A stretch of 29,435 nt of DNA from a virus. Lineage: Duplodnaviria; Caudoviricetes. Below, piece after piece: positions 19,054-27,334 of this stretch. How positions within the stretch are numbered: the stretch's first letter is position 1; every line of letters begins with the position of its first letter. The stretch lies in the IMG/VR virus record IMGVR_UViG_3300032304_000784, positions 1-29,435 of that record; one strand, written 5' to 3'. The notes beneath the pieces are model-generated. The model was not told the origin of the DNA, made no database searches, and saw only the letters and a list, made by a program, of their open reading frames with translations. Made by a program: the position numbers and the translations under genes.

Positions 19054-20868
19054 ATGGCATATCAGATTAATAAAACAGACGGAACTATAGTAGCTACTGT
19101 TGCGGATGGGCAAATTGATAATCGATCAACAGACATTACGTTAATTGGTAAAAATTACAGTGGGTTTGGGGAAATATTCAATGAAAATCTAGTTAAACTA
19201 CTAGAAAACTTTGCTGAGACAACACAGCCAGATCATCCTCTAAGAGGACAAATATGGTTTGACTCCGGCGAATCGAAATTGAAAGTATATAACGGTGTTA
19301 GCTTTGTGCCAGTGAGTTCTGCAACAATAGCTAGTGCTCAACCGGCAACGCTGGCCACAGGCGATCTATGGTACGACGATGTAGGTGAACAATTATTTTT
19401 CTTTGACGGTACATCGGCAATATTGTTGGCTCCATCATACAGCAGTGCTCAAAGTCTTAGTGGACTAAGAGTTGATACTATTCTTGACACACTTAATCAA
19501 ACTAGAGTTATTACAAGTTTGTACAACAATGGTATTTTGTTAGGTATATTTGCCAAAGACAGTTTCACCCCAAAACTACCCATTATCGGATACGCAGGCG
19601 GTATTGCACCTGGATTCAATGTAGGAACATTGGCTAATTTTAAAATACGTGCAACCTGTATCAACAGTGACAGTCTCGGCGGCGCACCTGCTACTACGTA
19701 TGTTCGTACAGATACAACTAATGCAATTAATGGACAACTGCAAATCACTGATGACGATGGACTACTCTTTGGTTCAGCTATCAACGGTTCATTGTTTATT
19801 ACCAATGGTGATATAACTTTAGCTAATTCCTCAAGTAATAAAAATATCACCTTGAGCGTTAACAGAGCAGACACCCAAGAAAACGCAATAGTAATAAATT
19901 CCAATGCAAGGACTATTGGACTGTATCCTACGATAGCATCTAGCACTGTTAATCTCGGTGGAGACCTGGTAGTAAACGGAAACCTTACAGTAGAAGGAAC
20001 TACAACTACACTAAACACTAATATTTTTACAGTAGAAGATAAAAACATTGTTATTGCTAATGTAACTAGTCCTACCAACGGAACAGCAGACGGCGCAGGT
20101 ATCATCATAAAGGGCGATACTGATAAAACTATTGCTTTTAATAATAGCAGCAATTGGTTAGATATTTCCGAAACATTGAATCTAGCAGCAGGGAAAGGTG
20201 TTTATATCGGTGGAACAAAAGTTATTGACGGAAACAGTTTAGGCTCTGCAATTACTAGCATTCCTGGCGTTACGGCCTTCGGAACACAAAACGTGGTTAA
20301 CATTGGTCCTGGGATTCCCCCGGTCACACAAATGCGATTGGAGAACCACAGAATCTCCACAGTGTCGTCTAATTTTGATATTGAATTAGAACCAGATGGA
20401 TCAGGAAATGTGGTGTTGATTGGGTCTCCAAAAATCATCGGCCTGGCTGATCCTACATCTGCCCAAGATGCTGCTACTAAAGAATATACAGATAATAGAA
20501 TAGAATCAAGACCATTAATTTTCAGTATTGATTTATCCGATGGTAAATCAAATACGTATATAGTTGCCAACATATTAAATAATCTTGCTCCGGTGAGTGA
20601 ATATCGTACAGGCACATATGCAAGAATATTATGCAGTTTGATCAGTAATAATGCACAGAGTTTAGAAATAAATTCACTTCCCCCTGCATTGTCGACAGCA
20701 GCATTCTTGACCAATTTAAGCGGAAGTTCAAGTCTTGCAATTACTAATATCAGTTTTCCAACAGCCACTATCTCAGCAGCTAGTGTATCTGTGACAAGAA
20801 TTATTAAATTATTTCAAATAGTAGGTGGAGTGTGGGCATGGCAAACAGACACAGTACTTCCACCATAA
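19054..20868 (+). CDS. Tail fibre paralog 2 (C-terminal domain unassigned)
   Basis: Shared LLENFA/GQIWFD N-terminus. Fibre shaft motifs GDLVVNGNLTVEGTTTT and PTSAQDAATKEYTD. Confidence 0.75.
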   Translation: MAYQINKTDGTIVATVADGQIDNRSTDITLIGKNYSGFGEIFNENLVKLLENFAETTQPDHPLRGQIWFDSGESKLKVYNGVSFVPVSSATIASAQPATLATGDLWYDDVGEQLFFFDGTSAILLAPSYSSAQSLSGLRVDTILDTLNQTRVITSLYNNGILLGIFAKDSFTPKLPIIGYAGGIAPGFNVGTLANFKIRATCINSDSLGGAPATTYVRTDTTNAINGQLQITDDDGLLFGSAINGSLFITNGDITLANSSSNKNITLSVNRADTQENAIVINSNARTIGLYPTIASSTVNLGGDLVVNGNLTVEGTTTTLNTNIFTVEDKNIVIANVTSPTNGTADGAGIIIKGDTDKTIAFNNSSNWLDISETLNLAAGKGVYIGGTKVIDGNSLGSAITSIPGVTAFGTQNVVNIGPGIPPVTQMRLENHRISTVSSNFDIELEPDGSGNVVLIGSPKIIGLADPTSAQDAATKEYTDNRIESRPLIFSIDLSDGKSNTYIVANILNNLAPVSEYRTGTYARILCSLISNNAQSLEINSLPPALSTAAFLTNLSGSSSLAITNISFPTATISAASVSVTRIIKLFQIVGGVWAWQTDTVLPP

Positions 20869-20886
20869 TGAATTAGGAGCGGCTAA

Positions 20887-23157
20887 ATGGCCTATGTAAT
20901 TAACAAGTTTAATGGGGTTCAACTAGTGGTGCTTGATGACGGCACTATAGACACCTCCACCAGTCTAGGTCTATTGGGCAGAAACTATATAGGCTATGGC
21001 GAAACACAGAATGAAAATTTTGTATTTCTTTTAGAAAATTTTGCTAACACGGCTCCTCCTTCGAGACCGCTGGTAGGGCAGATATGGTTCAATACCACAG
21101 ACGATACAGCCTATGCCTACGATGGATCAAACTGGAATCCTATTGGGTCTGCTACATCAAGTTCAACAGCACCACTTAATACCAATTCTGGTGCGCTGTG
21201 GTTAAAAACTCCGGTCAATCAATTATATGTATACACTGGCACAGAATGGAGATTCATCGGACCCGAGGCAGTGGAAGGATTTGGGTCTACTAGAGCCAGA
21301 GCTGGTTCTTTAGATGATACATTAGGTAATCCTCAGCCTGTGATTTTTCTAGAAACCAACGGTACAGTATTTGCTATCTGTACCGCCGCTGCGTTTGTTA
21401 TAAATCCCAGCAATTCGGTTACTGGATTTAACAATGCCTTACAGGTAGGAATTAATTTATCTGCCACAGCTAAGATCAATGGTAGTATTACAGGAAATGC
21501 TGCTACAGCAGATCAATTATCTACCGCAAGATTGATTAATGGTGTACCATTTAATGCCTTATCTAATATTACAGTGACGGCTAATACTACTAATTTATTG
21601 AAAAAAGGTACGTATATTGTAGGTGCTGATTTCAATGGCAGTGTAGAAAGTACATGGAGTGTTGACGCAACCTCTTCTAACATTATGGGCAAGGTAGTGG
21701 CAAGAAATTCCGAAGGTGGATTTTCAGCAGGTACTGTCACCGCTACCTTTATAGGTGACCTTACAGGCAATGTTACAGCTTCGACAGGAGTCAGCACATT
21801 TAATACTGTACAAGCCAATCAATTTATCGGAGCCACGCTATCGGGTAACGCAGGCTCGGCTACAAGATTGGCCACTGCACGAACCATAAACGGTGTAAAT
21901 TTTGATGGCAGTAATAATATTATTGTTCCTGCCAGCGCAGAAACATTAACAGGAAATGCTATTAATAATTCTGTGACATTGAGTGGATTGACACAGGTAG
22001 GAACACTAAGTTCTTTAAATGTCAGCGACAGTGGGATATCGTTGGGCAGTGGTACACAACTGAGAGTGTTTGTAGACTCTAGTGTTCCTACAATTAGATC
22101 AACCACGGGTCGATTAAATTTTGACATGGGCGGCAGCGGGCCAGATGTTAATTTTGTAGATTCAACAACTTCTTTAAGTCTCGGCGGTCCGAATGCTCCA
22201 GCTATTATAGGCGATAATACAACCAATCTTGGTATCACAGGTTATAAATTCAACGGCATCTATGCCAACGACTTTTTTGGTAACGCTACCACTGCTACCC
22301 TAGCAACCACAGCTACGAATCTTCCAGGCGGTGGGCCTGGCGCTATTCCTTATCAAACAGCAGCAAATACAACGGCTATGTTAGGATTAGGAACAGCAGG
22401 TACTGTGCTTACAGCTCAGGCCAGCGGCATAGCATGGCAACCGATTGGTCAAGAAGCATTGACCAAAGGTAGTTTTTTAAATATGATAAACACCACCACC
22501 AGCGGTAGTTTAAGTTTATTTGATGGTAATATTCCTGCGACAATTTCAGTAGATGCAACTTCGGCGAACACTTCCAGTAAAGTTGTAGCACGTGATGCCA
22601 GCGGTAATTTTGCAGCAGGAACAATCACAGCTAATCTCGTAGGAGCAGTCACAGGCAATGCTTCCACCGCAACACAATTACAAACCGCAAGATTGATCAA
22701 TGGTGTGTCATTTAATGGCACACAAGATATAACAATAACAGCCACAGACAATACCAAAGTAGCATTAGCAGGTAGTACTATGACCGGTTATCTAACATTG
22801 GTTGGCGCCCCGGTAAATGCAAATCATGCCACCACTAAAACTTATGTAGACAGTAGATTACCTCAGTATACTATCGTTAGTGGAGCACAATACAGTACAT
22901 CAGGATTTACCAATCAAGTTGGATCATTTAACGATGGCGCAAACTTCTTTGATGTATTCCCCCCAGCAGGAAAAAGCATGGGAAATATTATAGCATTTAT
23001 ACCGTCGATCCATGTAGTTCATTATGCAGGTGGAGTCGACGGCAATGATTCGATTAGATGTACTTATTCTTATCTTGGCGATAGAATCAGAGTCTACGTT
23101 CAGAACACTGAACAACGAAGCACACCAGCAGCAAACTATTTGGCCATTTGGAGTTAA
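20887..23157 (+). CDS. Tail fibre paralog 3 (long-fibre-like, repeated shaft, C-terminal tip domain)
   Basis: SD AGGAG upstream. Shared N-terminus. Three GNA.TA..L.TAR.INGV.F repeats, two VDATS.N...KVVAR..SG.F.AG repeats and HATTKTYVD. The tip ends in AANYLAIWS and is followed by a chaperone-like gene. Confidence 0.8.
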   Translation: MAYVINKFNGVQLVVLDDGTIDTSTSLGLLGRNYIGYGETQNENFVFLLENFANTAPPSRPLVGQIWFNTTDDTAYAYDGSNWNPIGSATSSSTAPLNTNSGALWLKTPVNQLYVYTGTEWRFIGPEAVEGFGSTRARAGSLDDTLGNPQPVIFLETNGTVFAICTAAAFVINPSNSVTGFNNALQVGINLSATAKINGSITGNAATADQLSTARLINGVPFNALSNITVTANTTNLLKKGTYIVGADFNGSVESTWSVDATSSNIMGKVVARNSEGGFSAGTVTATFIGDLTGNVTASTGVSTFNTVQANQFIGATLSGNAGSATRLATARTINGVNFDGSNNIIVPASAETLTGNAINNSVTLSGLTQVGTLSSLNVSDSGISLGSGTQLRVFVDSSVPTIRSTTGRLNFDMGGSGPDVNFVDSTTSLSLGGPNAPAIIGDNTTNLGITGYKFNGIYANDFFGNATTATLATTATNLPGGGPGAIPYQTAANTTAMLGLGTAGTVLTAQASGIAWQPIGQEALTKGSFLNMINTTTSGSLSLFDGNIPATISVDATSANTSSKVVARDASGNFAAGTITANLVGAVTGNASTATQLQTARLINGVSFNGTQDITITATDNTKVALAGSTMTGYLTLVGAPVNANHATTKTYVDSRLPQYTIVSGAQYSTSGFTNQVGSFNDGANFFDVFPPAGKSMGNIIAFIPSIHVVHYAGGVDGNDSIRCTYSYLGDRIRVYVQNTEQRSTPAANYLAIWS
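21493..22737 (+). repeat. Three internal tail-fibre shaft repeats (about 28 aa)
   Basis: Copies start at 21493, 21844 and 22654. DNA 21523-21556 and 22684-22717 match at 31 of 34 nt. Confidence 0.85.
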
Positions 23158-23159
23158 TC

Positions 23160-23516
23160 ATGCATTATGTTTGTATAGAAAATAATCTAGTAGTTAGTGT
23201 ATTAAGTTATCAACCCAATGTGCCGAGTTCTGTTGAGGTGGTAGAAATCACAGATGCACAAGCCGCTCAAATAGCAGCTCAAACACATTATTTTGACATT
23301 ACCAGCAAATCTGTTACTGCGGTAGCGGCCGGAATTACTGCACAACGAGCTGCAGATATCGCCAATGGTCAAGAACGCGAATTTTTAAACAGCACAGATT
23401 GGAAGGTTCTACGGCACATCAGACAGAAAGCATTGAATATTGCTACCAGTCTATCAGATGCAGAGTATATACAACTAGAGCAGCAGCGTGAAACTGCCGC
23501 AGCTCGTATAGTATGA
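23160..23516 (+). CDS. Tail fibre assembly chaperone-like protein (118 aa)
   Basis: ATG at 23160 with GGAG at 23150-23153 is preferred over the TTG at 23148. The C-terminal 'REFLNSTDWKVLRH...R..A' matches the 'R..L..TDW' signature of tail assembly chaperones. Lies directly after a fibre gene. Confidence 0.7.
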   Translation: MHYVCIENNLVVSVLSYQPNVPSSVEVVEITDAQAAQIAAQTHYFDITSKSVTAVAAGITAQRAADIANGQEREFLNSTDWKVLRHIRQKALNIATSLSDAEYIQLEQQRETAAARIV

Positions 23517-23520
23517 CAAC

Positions 23521-23528
23521 AATAAATA
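23521..23528 (+). promoter_or_regulatory. T4-type late promoter variant (AATAAATA)
   Basis: Sits in the 34-nt intergenic gap, upstream of SD AGGGG (23538-23542) and ATG 23551. Confidence 0.65.
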
Positions 23529-23550
23529 CAAGATATTAGGGGCTAACAGC

Positions 23551-25350
23551 ATGGCATATGAAGTCAACAAATTTAACGGTGTATTTTTAACGTCAGTAGC
23601 TGACGGCACTATCGACACCACTACCGATCTACGGCTAGTAGGTAAAAATTACGCAGGATATGGCGAAGTACAGAATGAAAATTTTGTGCATTTATTAGAA
23701 AATTTTGCTAACACAACTGCGCCTCCTAAATCTGTTACAGGACAAGTATGGTTCGATACTGCTACTAAAAAACTCAAGTTCTATGATGGAACTAGATTTA
23801 AAGTAGCTGGTGGTGCTGAAGCCAGTGCATCAGCACCCAGCGGTCTAGTTGCTGGTGATTTTTGGTGGGACACAGGAGCCAAACAGTTATACACATATAA
23901 CGGTACAGCATTCACTCTAATTGGTCCAATTGCCAGCCCGGATCTAGGCACCTCAACTATCAGCCCAGCGGTGGTCTATGGAACCATAAGTACCGCAGAA
24001 GGCCCACATACTATATTAAAAGTTATATCAGATGGTAAAACCATAGCAGTAGTCAGCAAGACTGCATTCACTCTTGACAATAGTAAAAATGCCATAGACG
24101 ATTTCACGGTGATAAAGAAAGGTGTTACATTAGCTAGATCACAGACTGGAGTTTCTACTGATGATTTTACCTTTTGGGGTACTGCAAGTAACGCCGCTAA
24201 ACTAGGTGGCTTCACAGCTGACCAATACATTAAAACAGGTGAAAGCTCATTTATCTCAGAAGTTAGTTTCAAAGATCCTGGCCTGCAAGTTGGCGATGGT
24301 AACGATCTAAGAATCCGTGTAGAAGGTGGCAACGATGTCATAGTTGAAAATCGCTTAGGCAATGACATTACATTTAGGATCACAGTCACAGAGACCACAG
24401 ATGAAAGAGACATAGCTATTATAAGATCTACAGGGCTAGTTCCCGGCGTCGGCGGTGCTTATACCTTAGGATCTACAACATTAGCATGGAGTAATGTGTA
24501 TGCTAACACATTCACCGGCTCTTTAGTAGGTGCAGTTACAGGCAATACTACCGGCAGTCACAAAGGCAATGTGTTAGCCAATGATAATGATATTATGATT
24601 AATGCTGTCACAAAACAGATAGGATTTGCAGGCGCCAACATTGTAGGAACATTAACTGGTTCAGTAACTGGATCGGCTGCTACCGCTAGTAACACTGATC
24701 AATTAACCGGATTAGCTCCAAGCGCCACCGCCACTACTGGAGTCTCTACAGTGGCCATACGTAATTCTAGCGGTAACATATTGGCCAATCAATTTGTAGG
24801 AACGGCAGACAAAGTAGACCGCATCTTTATTGATCGCACCGATGCTAGAGTTGATCCAGCATGGTCAGACGGCACAGCCAGTACTCAGTATAGAACTGCT
24901 AGACTCACAGCCACAGCCTACAGCATAGCTGCAAGAGATGTCAGCGGCAATATCACAGCTAATATTTTCAATGGCACAGCCACAGCTGCTCGATACGCTG
25001 ATCTAGCAGAAAAATATCTTGCTGATCAAGAATACGAAGTTGGCACAGTGGTAATGATAGGCGGTGAAAAAGAAGTTACTGCTGCAGATGTCAACACCCG
25101 TGCTATCGGTGTGGTATCTGCCAACCCAGCTTACATGATGAACAGCGAATTAGAAGGCGGCACTTATATTGCCCTGAAAGGTCGTGTACCATGCAAGGTA
25201 TACGGGTCGGTTAGAAAAGGCGATCGTTTGGTAGCTGGTCCTAGAGGTGCAGCGATTGCAGCACACGGCAATTATGCTAATGTGTTTGCAGTAGCACTGG
25301 AGTCAACTGGTTCAGATAATATTGCTGTAATAGAAGCATTGGTGTTATAA
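23551..25350 (+). CDS. Tail fibre/spike paralog 4 with C-terminal peptidase G2-like intramolecular chaperone
   Basis: Shared N-terminus. From 24994 the sequence 'YADLAEKY...GTVV.IGG...IGVVSANP...IALKGRVPCKVYGSVRKGDRLV' matches the autocleaving chaperone pattern. Confidence 0.8.
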   Translation: MAYEVNKFNGVFLTSVADGTIDTTTDLRLVGKNYAGYGEVQNENFVHLLENFANTTAPPKSVTGQVWFDTATKKLKFYDGTRFKVAGGAEASASAPSGLVAGDFWWDTGAKQLYTYNGTAFTLIGPIASPDLGTSTISPAVVYGTISTAEGPHTILKVISDGKTIAVVSKTAFTLDNSKNAIDDFTVIKKGVTLARSQTGVSTDDFTFWGTASNAAKLGGFTADQYIKTGESSFISEVSFKDPGLQVGDGNDLRIRVEGGNDVIVENRLGNDITFRITVTETTDERDIAIIRSTGLVPGVGGAYTLGSTTLAWSNVYANTFTGSLVGAVTGNTTGSHKGNVLANDNDIMINAVTKQIGFAGANIVGTLTGSVTGSAATASNTDQLTGLAPSATATTGVSTVAIRNSSGNILANQFVGTADKVDRIFIDRTDARVDPAWSDGTASTQYRTARLTATAYSIAARDVSGNITANIFNGTATAARYADLAEKYLADQEYEVGTVVMIGGEKEVTAADVNTRAIGVVSANPAYMMNSELEGGTYIALKGRVPCKVYGSVRKGDRLVAGPRGAAIAAHGNYANVFAVALESTGSDNIAVIEALVL

Positions 25351-26258
25351 TGACTTCGGGAACTAACGTCCTTGCTGCGCAATATGTAGCCATACAAAAC
25401 AAAGCAGAATCGATGATAGGCACCGGTGCTGGCACACTGGGCTACGGACAAACTGTACAAAGTTCCGACGTGTTCACAGGTAACACAATTACCAAAGCAC
25501 AATGGGATTTAATTAAATTTGATATTATTAATATTAAATTTCATCAGGATGGAACAATTCCTCCGGTAGTAAATGTCAATGTAGGCGATCCTATAGGGTT
25601 TGGTTCTAGTTCTCCAAATACCAATTATGATATCATATTAAATGATGCGATTGCAAAAAGATTCCTTATAGCAGGAAGTCAGTCTATTACCTCGGCTAAG
25701 GCCAGCCAAACTTATAGTTCACCGTGGGGCATACAGGCACAGGCAACACTGACAGTGACATTTGCTGATGCCAATCAAGGTAGATATTTTTTTAACAGTG
25801 GCGGCAAAATAAGATTTAATTCATCTTTGGTGGGTGCAGTATCTACAGGACAGATTAATGCCTGGGTCAATTTTTTAAATGCAGTCGGCACACAGGGATT
25901 TGGTGCTGATACTGATCCTGCAGTTAATTATTATACATTAACAAATTCTTATCAGACTTATTATCAGAATTTCCTGAGCAGTTCTTACTCTGCCAACAGT
26001 TATAAACTTGAAGCTAGATGCAATGTGGCAAACAATTCCACCGGAACAGCCACGCAGTTAGAACTGCGGGTGACACTGTTGGATAGTTATGTTGATCCGG
26101 ATGTAGCATCCGGAGCTAGTAATCCGCCTGGCGATGTGATCAACGGAACATTAACTATATCTGTATCTGAACTCAAAGCATCTGGACAACTGCAACCTTC
26201 TGGCACTTTTTCTATAACAAGCCCGACGTACTCACTTTCTAGCATATCAGCTAGTTAA
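25350..26258 (+). CDS. Probable virion structural protein, paralog A (302 aa)
   Basis: TAATG stop/start overlap with fibre 4. Ser/Thr/Gly/Asn-rich. Motifs GYGQ, QW..I.FDIIN, RYFFNSGGKIR are shared with the next gene. Confidence 0.65.
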   Translation: MTSGTNVLAAQYVAIQNKAESMIGTGAGTLGYGQTVQSSDVFTGNTITKAQWDLIKFDIINIKFHQDGTIPPVVNVNVGDPIGFGSSSPNTNYDIILNDAIAKRFLIAGSQSITSAKASQTYSSPWGIQAQATLTVTFADANQGRYFFNSGGKIRFNSSLVGAVSTGQINAWVNFLNAVGTQGFGADTDPAVNYYTLTNSYQTYYQNFLSSSYSANSYKLEARCNVANNSTGTATQLELRVTLLDSYVDPDVASGASNPPGDVINGTLTISVSELKASGQLQPSGTFSITSPTYSLSSISAS

Positions 26259-26261
26259 GGA

Positions 26262-26269
26262 CTTAAATA
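26262..26269 (+). promoter_or_regulatory. T4-type late promoter variant (CTTAAATA)
   Basis: TAAATA core in a 16-nt intergenic gap, ending 5 nt before ATG 26275. Confidence 0.5.
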
Positions 26270-26274
26270 ATCTC

Positions 26275-27273
26275 ATGCCAGCAGTTAACAGTAAAATTCT
26301 TAAAATAGACTATAACACAATTAGAGACAAACTAGTTGCGGTGTTAGGAAACGGTTCTGGAAATATAGGATGGGGACAGCAGGCAAAGATTCAATCGACT
26401 GCTGTCGGAGACGACAGTAAAGTTACCATCAATGAATGGGCTAATCTCAGATTTGATATTATCAATGCCTACAAACATATCTTTGGATCGAATCCAACCA
26501 CAGCTGTGGTGTCTGAGGGCGGAACAATACGCTACTCCACAAGTTTTACACCAGACACCGGCACAGTGGATGTACCTCAACGCCAATATGATCAGTGGGC
26601 CGATGACATAACTATTGCTAGGTTTACAGTTGCAGCAGGCGAATCTGCTACCACAGGTGTGTTGTCAGGAAGTAGAACAGGTTCTTGGTTTTCTCAATGT
26701 CAATGTATTATACAGGTCTATTGGTCAAACGCCGACGCTGCTAGACATTGGTTTAACAGTGGCGGACAAATTAGGATCAGTGCATCAAGATCCGGCGGTT
26801 CAGCAGTTACTCAAAATACATCATGGACCTCCTTGTTGAGTTCAGCCGGTACACAGCAGTTTGGCGGTGCGAATCCTGGCACAGGCACATTTCCTACTGA
26901 CGGATTGAATTGGTATAGAACCACTAGCTCATTTCAAACCTTCTATACCGCTACAGCGTCAAGTCCGTATGGGGCTAACAATTATCAATTACAGGCTAGA
27001 TGTCTTGATCAACCCAGTAACAGTGCTGGCCTAGCAGCCCAATTAGAAATTCGAGTGTTATTCACGGATGGATATGTTGATCAAGGAATCGGCTCGGTAT
27101 TTCCAGGACCTCAAACCGCCACACCGGCAGATTTCCCCCCTGGCGATGGCGTTGATGGTACATTGACTGTTAATGCTTCGTCAGTATACGCCACAGGTAT
27201 TATGGTTCCCGCAAGCCAACTATTCACAGTGACTAACCCAATTATTGCTGTGGGTGCAGTAACCGGCAGTTAA
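26275..27273 (+). CDS. Probable virion structural protein, paralog B (332 aa)
   Basis: Collinear similarity to 25350-26258: GWGQ, EW..LRFDIIN, RHWFNSGGQIR, YGANNYQLQARC, LEIRV..TDGYVD, PPGDGVDGTLTV. Confidence 0.65.
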   Translation: MPAVNSKILKIDYNTIRDKLVAVLGNGSGNIGWGQQAKIQSTAVGDDSKVTINEWANLRFDIINAYKHIFGSNPTTAVVSEGGTIRYSTSFTPDTGTVDVPQRQYDQWADDITIARFTVAAGESATTGVLSGSRTGSWFSQCQCIIQVYWSNADAARHWFNSGGQIRISASRSGGSAVTQNTSWTSLLSSAGTQQFGGANPGTGTFPTDGLNWYRTTSSFQTFYTATASSPYGANNYQLQARCLDQPSNSAGLAAQLEIRVLFTDGYVDQGIGSVFPGPQTATPADFPPGDGVDGTLTVNASSVYATGIMVPASQLFTVTNPIIAVGAVTGS

Positions 27274-27299
27274 TTAATTTCCTCAGGTTCTGGTTGATC

Positions 27300-27307
27300 T
27301 ATAAATA
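27300..27307 (+). promoter_or_regulatory. T4 late promoter consensus TATAAATA
   Basis: Exact 8/8 consensus in the largest intergenic gap of the window, upstream of SD AAGGGG (27324-27329) and ATG 27335. Confidence 0.8.
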
Positions 27308-27323
27308 AACTACGCAGTTTATT
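27304..27323. repeat. Perfect 8-bp inverted repeat overlapping the late promoter
   Basis: AATAAACT-ACGC-AGTTTATT. Confidence 0.9.
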
Positions 27324-27334
27324 AAGGGGAACCC

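Noticed and set aside
16923-25350. Diversity-generating retroelement or invertase-shuffled fibre cassette
   Set aside because: No reverse transcriptase or recombinase in the window, all fibres are complete and co-oriented, and repeat mismatches are not adenine-specific. A remote element cannot be excluded.
1312-26586. Minus-strand ORFs (60-218 aa), including 19497-20153, 20202-20768 and 3225-3734
   Set aside because: All lie antisense to long coherent + strand genes, show no recognisable motifs and are typical shadow ORFs of biased codon usage.
27304-27323. Intrinsic terminator
   Set aside because: The stem is AT-rich with no U-tract after it on either strand; it overlaps a promoter instead.
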